From Podarcis vaucheri (lineage: Eukaryota): a DNA stretch of 64,000 nucleotides. Positions 1 to 11,403 of this stretch are shown here, piece after piece. The stretch lies in assembly GCA_965113315.1 (NCBI GenBank), contig OZ220368.1. The stretch is one strand, 5' to 3'. The notes beneath the pieces were generated by a model that was not told where the DNA came from, did not search any database, and was given only the letters and a program-made list of their open reading frames with translations. The position numbers and the translations under genes were made by a program. Position 1 is the stretch's first letter. Every line of letters begins with the position of its first letter.

Positions 1-3000
1 ATTGCTCAGCCTTTAATATTTAAACATGCCCAACATAGCCTTAAATAAAGCAATTCTGTTGCAGTAAAGGGTTTTTTGTGGAGTCAAAGTTCCTCTCCCT
101 CTGGAGCCCTTAGAGTCAGCATCGTTAAAGGAATTGGCAGCGTCAGGGGGAGAAAAAAAGACTGTTCCCTGTGTCAGTGAATTTGTTATCAAACCAGTTA
201 GTCGTGGCACTCCTTCCCTCCTGCTTTGCTTTCCTCTTCTCCCACCCCTCACTGGCAGCTTCTGCCTCGCCACCTTCCAGCTTGAAACAGCCGACAGTAT
301 ATGGCATCACCCAGAGCAGAGAGCTGTAATGTCGTTTGAAAAGGAACAATGGACCGTTCTCTGCTCCCTTTAAAAAACCAAACCCCAACCTCTCCCAAGA
401 ATCTAAGCCACAATCAAGGAGAGACCTGCCAGGCATTCAGCAGCACTGCCAACCCAGCTTGAGTAGGGGTCTTCTGGAAACACTTTCCATGTGGGGGCGT
501 CCTTGCCCCATCTGTGCAAGCCATCGCTGGGTTGAGACTGCATGACATCAGAGTTCCTCTCCCATCTCTGTCTTTCTGTCTGGCTTTGGAAGTGATGCTT
601 TTCAAAATCCTCTTTGCTGTTTTAACCTTTTCAAGGCTGGATCAAAAAAGAGCAAGCCAAAATAGTTGGAGGTAGGTCTGCCTGGAAGGGAGCCCCAGTG
701 AGTTCAGCGGGACATACTCCCAGATGGTTACCTTACAATACTACATACTTGAAAGTCAACTCCATTGATTTCAATATGGTTTCCTTTCAAGTAACTGTGT
801 GCACAGGACTGGGACATGGGCTACAAAACATAAGGATTGTTCTGGAAGGCTGAGATTGCTTCTATACTGACCAGATTTGCTATCCTTCAGTCCCACTTTA
901 AAGAGAATCCGATGTCACTGCTATTCTGTTGCATTCCAGAGTTTTCTGTGATATCCTCCCATCTTTTTTCAGAGCCCATCTTAAATCACAGTTGCAATGC
1001 TAGGCAATCCAGGGCTAGTATACTTTTACTTAGAAGCTTCCTTCTTGTTGCATCTAATTGCTTCCTGTTCAGTGTAGCTGGGACATGACTGATAAACTAT
1101 CCTTTAATGTTCTGCTTCTGCTCTCACAAAAGGGTTTCTTTTCATTTTTTTGTTAACTTGTGAAATTATGCTATTTTCCAATAAGAAGAAAATATCCCCC
1201 CAACCATTAAAGCCCCTCCCCAACATCAGGTTCAAATAGGAATTGATCAGTTATGGGGACTTCATTAGTGATGTGCTGAACAGGAAGCAATTACAGACAG
1301 AAGTTATGTCTGGGAGAAAGATGTACTAGTGGAGAAGCAGAAACCTGGGGAAAAGTTAAGCACATCTTCCTTGTCTACTGGTTCTTCAGTTCAGATTGTG
1401 CGTTTCCCCTCTCCTTTTAAGATTTTCCACGGAGACTCAGGGTGCTATCATTCTGTCACAATCTGGGACAGGAGTCAATAATATAATGGCAAATTCAAGG
1501 CATGCAATTATAGCTGATGGGGGAGGTCTCACACAACAAACCTACTTCCTCTAAAGTTCAGCCTTTTGTGAAAAAGAAAGTGATGGGACAAAGCATTGGG
1601 AAGTGTGGGATGACACTTGTTTTGACACAGCATAATCTCCCTGCAAACAAATCAGAGTGAATGCCCAAGAAACAGACCTTCTGGAAGTGCCAACAGGTAT
1701 CAGAACCTGAGTCTACTGAAGGTCCACTGGGAGCCTTAGTCCATGCAACAAATTGTAAGGTCATTAAAATGCCAATAAAACTAGGTCAGACCTTTCTTCC
1801 TAAGCTTTTGAGGAGCAGAAAGTGTTGTTTCTTTGTGGATGAGCACTAACACTTGTAAACACCTCATCTATAGTCCAAAGCTGGGGAATTCCTGATTCTG
1901 CTGAGAATCCAAGCATTCTTAGTGAGTCCTAGATGCACTTCTTTGAGGAAAATGTGCATGCCAGTGCTTCAGATGTTGGATGTACATGTCACTGGGTGCT
2001 GGGTGCTTCCTTGTAATGCCTAAAGCCACCCTGAGAAGATATTCCGCTCCCTGCTTAGAATGACCAGATCTAACCGGATGTGAAAGATGATTGTTGCAAT
2101 CTCTAGGATGTTCACCAGCTAACAGGGCCGCAAATTCATTAGCAAGGTGAAACAAGATGTTGGGTCCTTGCTTCCTTGTAGCAAAGCGTTCTTAATTAAT
2201 TGACTTTATTCTCCATGCTGTTAAACAAAAGAGGGGATAAGAACAGCCATAGGTGCCTTGAAAGACACTGTGCCTGGACTCATTAGTGTGTAATTAACCT
2301 TTGAGCCTGTTGCTTGGCAGGCTTGTGGCTGAGAATGCTTGTCAGCCCAAAGTGTTTCTAGGTTGGAGGAAGGACTGGTGAGGCATTCAGGATTCCCAAG
2401 TTTGCCTTAGTATTTGTGGGGTGGAGATGCATTCAGGTTCAGGAGCTTAACTCTGCACAATCACAACATACAGGTCTTCACTCCACAGCAGTACTATCTG
2501 TGGACCTGTTTTCCTATGAATGCGTGGCATCAAGTGCTCCCAAAATGCTTCAGACCAGGGATTGAAGTGATCTATCAAGGGCCACATGCTAACTGTGGAC
2601 AGGGCTGAAGCTAGTGGTGGAGTCCAAAGCAGGTGGAGTCACTCCTTCTCTCTGTCTCTCTCACTTCCATTTGTCCCAAGATTTCTCGGCATGTCTCAGA
2701 GGTTTCACTTTTGTTCTACCACTTTCTCCAGGAAAACCCTCTGTTTACTGCTGAATCAGAGAAAACATCAACTGGGCAGAAGTATCAGATTGGCTCAGCT
2801 GGTGAATTTGCATCATGCCAATCTCCCTCTCTGTAGGCAACAGTGACCCACCTTCCAGGAAGCTAGTGTAGCAGCTCCGCCGCACCTGGTGAGCCACTTC
2901 TGGTAACATCTATTTGCATTGGTCCATTATATACCCACCTTGCTGAAGCAAGCTAGCTCTGGGTCTGGTTAGCACCCAGATGAGTAATCCCATGTATCCC

Positions 3001-3199
3001 TTGAACTCCTGGGAGGATATATATATATATATATATGTCTGTCTGTGTGTGTGTGTTCAGGCCCAGGCCCAGGCCTATGCCTATGCCTATGTATGTATAT
3101 GGGTTTGCTTCTCAGTGTACAACTAAAAATGTGATGTAGGAATGTTATGGACATATCTCACATGAGTACACTCATCTGGAAGCTGCGATTGACTGCATG

Positions 3200-3349
3200 A
3201 TTTATCCTTGGTATCCTTCAATCCCATGCATCTCCAGGTAGGGCTGGGATAAACCCCTGCCTGAAACCTTTGAGAGCCACTGCCAGTCACTATGGACAGT
3301 TCTGAGTTAGTTGGAGAAATTGTCTCAATCTGCATAGGGCAGCTTCCTA
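3200..3349 (+). mobile_element. Degenerate squamate SINE (3' part; same family as 16765-16932 and about 32075-32180)
   Basis: Motif 'ctccaggtagggctggga...ctgcctgaaacc...gagagccactgccagtca...gggcagcttccta' recurs in diverged form elsewhere in the window, on either strand. Confidence 0.45.
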
Positions 3350-5220
3350 AGACCCTTTTGTAGGAGATCCTGAAAATGACTGCAGATTTGGAACCTAAAG
3401 GGCACCAGATGTTACATAGGAAAGATGCTCCAACAACTTTTTTCTTTCTTTCCTAAGTCTTGTGAGGCTGCAACTTGGAGCAAGAGAAGCAGCTATTAAA
3501 AGGGTACCAAACCTTCCCTCTGTCAGCTATTCTTCTGTTCAAAACCACCACAGCTTTGCTTCCCACCCTGAGGGGTTCTAGATGTGTTTATTTAACCTTG
3601 TAAAGATGCGTCCTGAGTCAATAGAGGGCAATTGGTAACAGGGACAGAATTCCTCCATGGCTGTCTTTGGAGTTCTTGTTTGAATACAACCCCCTCCCCC
3701 CCTTCCCTCTTCTCTTGGCTAAAAAGAAACTTCTAACTCTGCCTACAAAGGGAAAAACATATTTTCTTCTGGTCTTTGAAGTCAGGGACAAACAAAGCAA
3801 TGGAAGCACCACCAGGCTATTTTATGTCTCATGACTGAAAATGCAGCATTCAAAGGAGACCTTGTCGGTATTGTTTATCTTGCCCTATAGACTTTTCAGG
3901 GTAATAGATTATCTGCATTCAGATCCTGCAACCTGCAAATCTCTCCCTCTGTTGCTGGGTGGGTTCCCTCTCTATTTTTCTTTAAACACTGCAGCTGTTT
4001 CAGGTGAGAGCCGCTGTTCAACTTCGTGCTGAACAATGTATTCCGGGGAAATTTGTAATGGGGAAAACAGATTCTGCAGGAAGATAATAACCAGATCTGA
4101 GAAGGTGAAGGGTAAACAAGAGCCCTTGGGGATGCTGAGATCTGTGACACCCACACACATAAACACAGGGGTCTAGGGCAGAGGCACATTCTGGGTGGGA
4201 GCCCCCTTGCATTTTTCTACTGCAGCTCTGAACTTTGAGGACCCCCTGATTTCCATGACACTTTTTTAAAAATCGCAAAGCTTACACATTTCTTTTAGGT
4301 AAGTCTGCAAAGAAGATATACCATGTTTTCCAAGGAGAATAACAATTCAGCTAATCCAGACATTATAACAAAAGAGACTAATACTAATTATACAGTCAAC
4401 TGAATGTTGTTACTCTATATCACCCCATCTTCATATGTCCTCATGCAGATTAATTCTAGATCAGTGTGTATTAAAATTCCAAACAACAGCATCAATAGGT
4501 TTGTTGTAACAAAGCACAGCACTGATAATATAAATATAACCATGTTCAGTACAGTTCAAGATTATAAAATACAGCCATTGACAACAATGTCATATAATCT
4601 CATGATTACTATTTGAAATGAGTTTGAATAAATTACACGATTCTCTTCTATTCCGTTCTATCATCAGAACACTTGCCTGCTGCGCAGGAGGCTCCCCCTT
4701 CAGTTTTATGGCCAAGAAAAGTGTAGATGACTGTGACAATGAACTCCACAAATTGTGGACCACATCAATGTAAAGGAAACAGCAGCCTTAGTAGCACACA
4801 GCCAGGACCTAGGGCAGGGCAGGGGAACCCATGACTGCCTGGTTCCCGTTAAATAACAACTCCCAGAATCCCTGACCATTGGCCATGCTGGCTGGGGCTG
4901 ATGGGAGCTGGAGCTGGAGGGCCAATAACAGGATTGCTTCCACCCTGACATTTCCAGTGCTCCCCGCTCCCCTCTCTGAATGGCCAGAAACTATCCAGAA
5001 GCCCCTCCAACTCTACAAGTCTATGAATCTATGATAATGATGAAATAGTCTCCAGATACTCCCTCCTTCACTTAGACTGCTATTTTCTACAAGTTGTGTG
5101 ATGCTGATCTAGCCAGCTGCCCCTCCTTTCTCTGCAGTAGCTTCCTTTGTTTGGAGTTTCCTTAATCAGACCTCTTCTGTACCAAGTTTTGCTGCATTCC
5201 CCTGACATTAAGAGAGAGAA

Positions 5221-5425
5221 CATGACAACATGAATAGCCCTACTGGATCAAACCAGATGCCTATCTAGTCCAGAACCCCTATTAGATGCCTGGGGGGGGG
5301 GCAGCCCTTAAGCAGGATATGGGCACAGCAGTCCTCTCTCACTGTTGTTCTCTGGCAACTGGCATTTGGAGGCATGCTGACTCTGATAGTGGAGGAATTA
5401 TATAGCTGACATGATTAGTAACCCA
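5221..5425 (-). mobile_element. CR1 LINE 3' end remnant
   Basis: The reverse complement resembles the CR1 3'UTR at 51545-51815 (ggactagataggcatctggtttgatccagtagggct). Confidence 0.5.
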
Positions 5426-6131
5426 CTGATCTCAAGCTGCATCACTACCTTGGCAACAAAGCAAGGTTTCAGACACCATACCTGCAGTCTTTAATCTCTC
5501 CTCGCATTCCTCTTTATCTGCCATTCTGAAAAACAAAGGGCCTTCCTGCTTCACAGCCTGCCTTGTGTCCCCAAGTTACACCACCAGCCACCTGCCAAGT
5601 GCACACCAGCATCCCCCATCCCCACCCTGACAAATGGGTAGCTGCTAGCAGTGATTTGTTTCCATAAAGCAGAGCACAAGGAGGATGCCGGTGGAAAGTC
5701 TAAGATAAATCAATTAGGCATTTGCGAAGCAGGCATAGGTCACAATTATCCTGTCCATTACCATCACGGTTTCAAATGTGTGCAGCTGACCTCAAGTGAT
5801 TCATGTTGGGCTGGAGAGGGAATCCCCCTGATAAGGATCTACACTTACTCCCTGTGATCTGATGGGCCAACAGTCACCTCTCCCACTTCCCTCTGCTGTA
5901 TTCAGCTGTGATGAATGGCTCACCAGGGGGCTATAGCCTCCCCACTGATAAACGCTCTGAATAGGTATGACTCTGCTGGGAGCCTTTAAACACTGAACTA
6001 CTTTGTTGGCATAAACAGATGCAGCCTCAGAAATCCTCCTGACCATGAAGCAAACATCTTGTGGTGCACAACTGGCCCTGATATTAAGGAGGCAAAGCAT
6101 TAGATGTTGCTACTGAAGGGAAGCCAATTGG

Positions 6132-6345
6132 AATCACAGAACTAGAAGATCATCTAGCCCAACTCCTTACTGCAATTCAGGACCTGCAGTTCAGGATTCT
6201 GGTACAGTATGCCTGGGAGATGGCCAGTCATCCTTCTGCTCCACTGAAGGGCAGTGCACCCATTGCTGAACATCTCTTACCATTTGAAAGTTTCTCCTAA
6301 TGTTTAGCTGAAATCCGCTTCCCTGCAGTTTCCACCCATTGCCCA
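6132..6345 (-). mobile_element. CR1 LINE 3' fragment (ORF2 C-terminus plus 3'UTR)
   Basis: Minus-strand translation NGWKLQGSGFQLNIRRNFQMVRDVQQW matches the CR1 ORF2 terminal motif (NGxKLxxGRFRLNIRKNFLTVRAVxQWN). The 3' end is 'tagttctgtgatt'-like. Confidence 0.8.
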
Positions 6346-6411
6346 CTAAACGGTCAATTTTAAAATTTGTTGTCAATTTTTTATAGCCAGGTGTGTGTGC
6401 GTTTCATGATA

Positions 6412-6605
6412 CAGTGGAGCCTCGGGTTGCGTTGCCTCTGGCTTATGTCACCCTCAGCTTGTGACCAGAACGGGTTATTTCGTGCATGCACAGAAGCACT
6501 AAATCACGCCCTGTGTGTGTGCAGACATGTCGCTTTGGGTTGTGTCGTTTCCGGGTTGCGGCGGGGCCTCTGGAATGGACCCCACTGTAACCCGAGGTTC
6601 CGCTG
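6412..6605. mobile_element. Tc1/mariner (Tigger-like) MITE
   Basis: TIRs cagtggagcctcgggttgc / gtaacccgaggttccgctg, flanked by TA on both sides (6410-11, 6606-07). Confidence 0.85.
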
Positions 6606-6608
6606 TAT

Positions 6609-7294
6609 TGTTATGAAAGTTGTGCACCACTCTATCTCTGCTGAGCTGCAGCAAGATTCCAGGGGGTTTCAAGCATGTACCCACGGTCGCGGTTCTGTTG
6701 GGAATCAAGACACAATGTAGACTGTCATGTCTTTAAGAAATATAGTTTATTTTACACATATTCACAAACTGGGTGCAGATGGAGGGAGTGCAACCTTTAC
6801 AGCATTGGCATATCAAGAGGGGCTTGTTCTCCACAGCAGTGCAGCACTGAAGTCCAAGCTATCTCTGTGCCTCTGTCTCAGTCTGCCAACATGGTTCTGG
6901 CCTTCAGTTCCCACATGAAGTTCTGCCAACGTCCTCCTCCTTCCCAGCAGTGTTTGCAGAAAAAACCTCCTCCTCTCCCACTTCCTGCATCCCCGCTATC
7001 TCTCCATCACCTCCATTCAAAAGTCCCCTGCAAAATGCACTTTTTCCTGTGGTGACATCACATCTGTAATCTTGGCAGCCTCCCCCTTTCTTGTCTGATG
7101 CTGAATGTCTCACCTTTTGTCTGAATAATGACTCTGCTATCACTTGTCTTTGTTCCTTGATGGCACCTCTCTAAGATCAGAGCCTGAGGGTGCTGGCTTG
7201 ACTTCAAGTCCACATTTACTAATTTCAGAAATTATGGGGAGAACCTGGTAGCTAGGAATTTTAGGGAATCCTTGGCCCCTACAAACCCATAACA
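6609..7294 (-). mobile_element. Solo LTR (Gypsy-like)
   Basis: TG...CA termini with a 7-bp inverted repeat tgttatg/cataaca and an AATAAA on the minus strand near 6747-6752. Its left end resembles 27640-28215 (ctctgctgagc..agcaaga, gtttatttac). Confidence 0.7.
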
Positions 7295-10200
7295 ATACAA
7301 TGCTTTAATCCGTCTTAGCATTTCCTAATGTTATCATTCAGATGAAAACATCACTTTGATTACAATGCATTTTCAGTGAAAATGGAGCTCCTCTGCTTTC
7401 TGTCCCACAGTCCCATCTGGATACAAATTATCTGAATAAGGCCCTGTGGTACTATTAGATGTGTCACGTGTAAATAATACGCTCTTTATATTAACCATTC
7501 CTGCATCACCATTTCATTGGGCATACAGCACCTGTTGAGATTTTGCCCATTGCAACCTTTTAAAGGCATCAAGTCAAGGCGATATACATCCAATTTCAGT
7601 TGTCATTCTCAGTTAAGTATACAAAGATGCCTATGATTGCCACTGATGTGATGCCTTTAGTGTCAAAGAACATTTAATATATTTTCCCCTTTTTAAAATG
7701 CTGCACTGGAGACTTGAAACCATAATTTTCTTGCACCTATCTGCAGGCTTCACACACCTCATTTTTCACAACTAGGTGCTTTTAAAGATGCTCTTTATTG
7801 ATCACACACTTATTTATATGCGAACAATGAGAGAAGACAGTTAGTTCAGTTATTAAATTTAGAGCTCTGACAAAAGCAATCAGAAGATATATGGTTTAAT
7901 AGGAGATTAAAAAGCTGGCTGCAAGAGTCCAGATACCTGACCTGTCATCACAGAGATTTCATATATGTGTGTGTGTGTGTGTTTGCTGAAGGGTTTCATT
8001 AATTGATTGTGTTGCAGACTTCCTGGTTTGTCTCTGGCTCAGAATAATTAATTTGAGAGCTTCTTGATTTGGCAGGTTGCTGAGGAGAAAGGAGAGGAGA
8101 CCCACTGCCGTTCCCTAGCAGGAGATCTGAGTTTTGAAAGCCAGGTATAGTGACTTGCATGCTCTGTGACTATATAGGATTCTGACACACACCTGGGCTA
8201 CAAATTTATCACCTCTAGTGCAGAACAGGAGAGATGAGGTTCCAAGCATGTGCATAAGTCAAATCCTGAATTGTGCCACAGTGCTCAGTTTCAAATCAAA
8301 GATGCTTCTGATATTCAGAGGATGTCCCTATAGAATTCTTGGGTGGGGCGGTAGTTCCACATTGAATGGTTGCGTGTAGCCCCACTGAAGTACATGACAA
8401 CAGGTGCTGGAAATACTTTGCAAGATTCATTAGCAGCTACATCAACAGGTGTGGTGGTTACTTCATCCTGATGATTACCTGGGAGTAAGCCCCATTAAAG
8501 TCAGTGGAGCAGGACCAAAGCTTGGCGGTAGGACACAAACTTTGCATGCAGAAAGTTCAGGCAGGAGATGATGTGAAAGAGCCCCATGAGCTCCTTACTG
8601 ATTCTTTGGGAGAACATCAACTGCTATACTTACTTTTGGCACATACATTCACACAGAAACATTAGCTCTCCTCTCCTAAACTGTCTTATCTAACACTGTC
8701 TCTTCTTCAGTGTTCATGGAGATGCAGCCATTCCAGGCAAATCACTCATGCGCAAAACAAAATGGAGCCTGTAATAAGATACCTCCCATGTGACCAAAGT
8801 TAACCAATCACACAAGAGTTACTGGGGAACATTCCAGAATTAAACAAACAGTAATGCATCTAAGCACTCACAATTTCAGTAAATTAAATCACTCTACCTA
8901 ACAAGAGACCTGCAGAGAGCACACTCTGAGACACCGTCCCTTGCAGCAGCCTGAATAGCTTATGCACATCGGTAGTCTCAATGGCATCAGTGTGTACCAA
9001 TTGGCCTTGCAGATAAGCACTGATTTGTCTGAGCAATGTGCAATCTCCCCCTTTCTTGCTACTTCTGTACTTGGCATGGATGGGTCATTGAGCCCCAGGG
9101 CAACTGCTCCTCATCTCTGCTATAACCATTACTCTCACCCACTGACACAGCATTGGTTCTTGAGCCGAATGGAATGTGAGAGCTGGGAGTCAGATCAGAG
9201 CAAGGGTGAGGTTGAGGAAGCTTGCTAGAGCTGCTGGCATGACATAAATTATGGGAGCCCTCCCCTCTGCTGTAGTCCCAAGAGGGGGATGGTTAGAGGG
9301 TGGCAGTGGCAGCAGCTTCATTTTAGCATGATGAATGGCTGTTCCACAGGGAGCCAGAGTTTTCCAATTTGCTGCCCATTTGGAGTACAGTTTACCCACA
9401 ATTCAAACTGTCAGGGTCACAAATCACTCAGGAGAGTCTGCAACAGCTAATCCACAAAGTGCCCAGGACATCACCCACGCAAATAGGAAGTGACTCAAGC
9501 CCAGGACTAACCCATACTAACATAACATGAATCAGACATTTTAGAACATGTACAAAAGATACACAACTGGGGCAGTGAAGAAAGAGCATCAACATCTGGC
9601 TATCTGAAAAGTAGCATCTGGAAAGTAAGCTCCTTTCCCAGGACTATCCATTCTGATTTTTCTACCATGAAGGTATGTATGCATGGTAAAGCGATTGTCT
9701 GCATGCTCTCTGATGTGCAAAGTCCTCTGTTTAATGTGGTGCATTGCAAACACCTGAAAGAATGTTTGCAGCAGCACCATAACTGGATTTCTGCAGGGAG
9801 AGGCGTACTCAAATGGCCACTCTGTTTTTCTGATCTTTTGTTTTCACTTTTCTACATGATGCAGCTCTCCCTAAATTAGCAAGATCTGCCCAGGATTCCA
9901 AGAAATGAGGGATTTAGGCACCATATGGGGATTGGCTGTACAATTATTTAACTAGACTGGCAAGTGAACATAACTGACAGTTCATCTTGAATGCTTTTAA
10001 GATTAATAAAGAAGCAATCATCTCCCCATGGCCCTTATTTGACTTGACACTAAATTTGATGTGACATGACACATGGCCCTTAGTTCTTTTTCCAATCAGC
10101 ACTCCTAAGTTTGAGGATAGGGAACAGATGATATACTTCTTCTAGGTTACATTTGCTACAATTTTCTCATCTCTCTAGGTCTCCAAAGGATTGAGTGAAA

Positions 10201-10587
10201 ATAGCCTCCTGAAAATCATCACTCAATGGAGGTCATCTCATTGATGAAGTCTTGCAGCTCTTTTAATTCACCATTGTCAATCTTGCTCTTTGTGTAATCA
10301 TTATATCGGGGACTTCAAATCACAGCAGGGTCCATGAGCACTTTTTATCAACCCAAAACAATGAGAAGAAGTTGACTTTGAAATGAAATCTGGTAACCCT
10401 TCACCTGAACATCTAAGAACATATAACACTAGTGTTCTGGTGAGCTTTCTTGCCTTCTGATTGTGTTCCAGCAGTAAGCCTGGATCCTGGCTTTGACCTA
10501 TGAAACTTCCTCTCCTTACGACATTTCATCACAATTTGTACAATCTGCTCACGCATCCTCCAGATGATGTCCAAGCAGCCTCTAAAT

Positions 10588-10917
10588 CAGGTGTGGGGAA
10601 ATTTTTGGGTTGTCTAGATGATTCTGAACTAAAACTGCTATCAACCATGGCTATTGGCCATGCTTGGTAGGGCTGATGGAAGTTGTAGTTCAACAACCAG
10701 GCAGAGGGCCTTCACAGTAGTGGTTGCCCGCCCAGTGGAACACCCTCCCATCAGATGTCAAGGAAATAAACAACTACCTGACTTTTAGAAGACATCTGAA
10801 GGCATCCCTGTTTAGAGAAGTTTTTAATGTTTGATGTTTTATCGTGTTTTTAATATTCTATTGGGAGCCGCCTAGAGTAGCTAGGGAAACCCAGTCAGAT
10901 GGGCGGGGTATGAATAA

Positions 10918-10956
<39 letters not shown>

Positions 10957-10997
10957 TATTCAACAACATCTGGAGGACCAAAGGTTTCCCACTCCTG
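10588..10997. mobile_element. hAT (Charlie-like) MITE interrupted by an L2 insertion
   Basis: Imperfect TIRs caggtgtggggaa / tttcccactcctg. The internal 'ctgatggaagttgtagttcaacaacatctggagg' motif is split by the L2. Confidence 0.65.
10698..10958 (+). mobile_element. L2 LINE 3' fragment with (TTA)n tail
   Basis: 'agggccttc...tggaacaccctcc...ttttagaagacatctgaag' ORF2 end, 'gagccgcctagag...gggcggggtat' 3' stem region and (TTA)n tail. Flanked by ttcaacaac at 10689-10697 and 10959-10967. Confidence 0.85.
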
Positions 10998-11328
10998 TGC
11001 TAGAGGATGTCCTGCAAGCATTGGGTATGAATACAAAGGATATATAGAGAGAGGTATTCTTGGCATTCCACCCTTTGAAATGCCATTTCCCTGATTTGTG
11101 ACAAAAATGTAACAAAAAGCAGGAGCAAAAAAAGGAAAAAGAATGAAAAAAGAGGAAGTGATCCTCACAAGTGCCAGTTGTTAAAGTTTTAGTGTTTGTA
11201 GTTCAGTGTGTGTATTTCAGAACTAAAGTTTCTTCTTCAGTAGCAAGACATTTCCTAACTGTGTCAGACAGGGAGGAGTGTCTGTGTTAGCTGCTCCAGA
11301 AAGGCTAAATATTATCCTCTAATATCAG

Positions 11329-11403
11329 TTCTACTCAAAGTAGACCCACTGAAATTAATGGACACGGCTAACATTAATTTCAGTGGGTCTACTTTGAGCA
11401 GAA
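11329..11403. repeat. Short palindromic (hairpin) element, probably an old MITE core
   Basis: 32-bp arms at 11329-11360 and 11372-11403 with one mismatch and an 11-nt loop. A related half-copy lies near 20815-20845. Confidence 0.75.
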
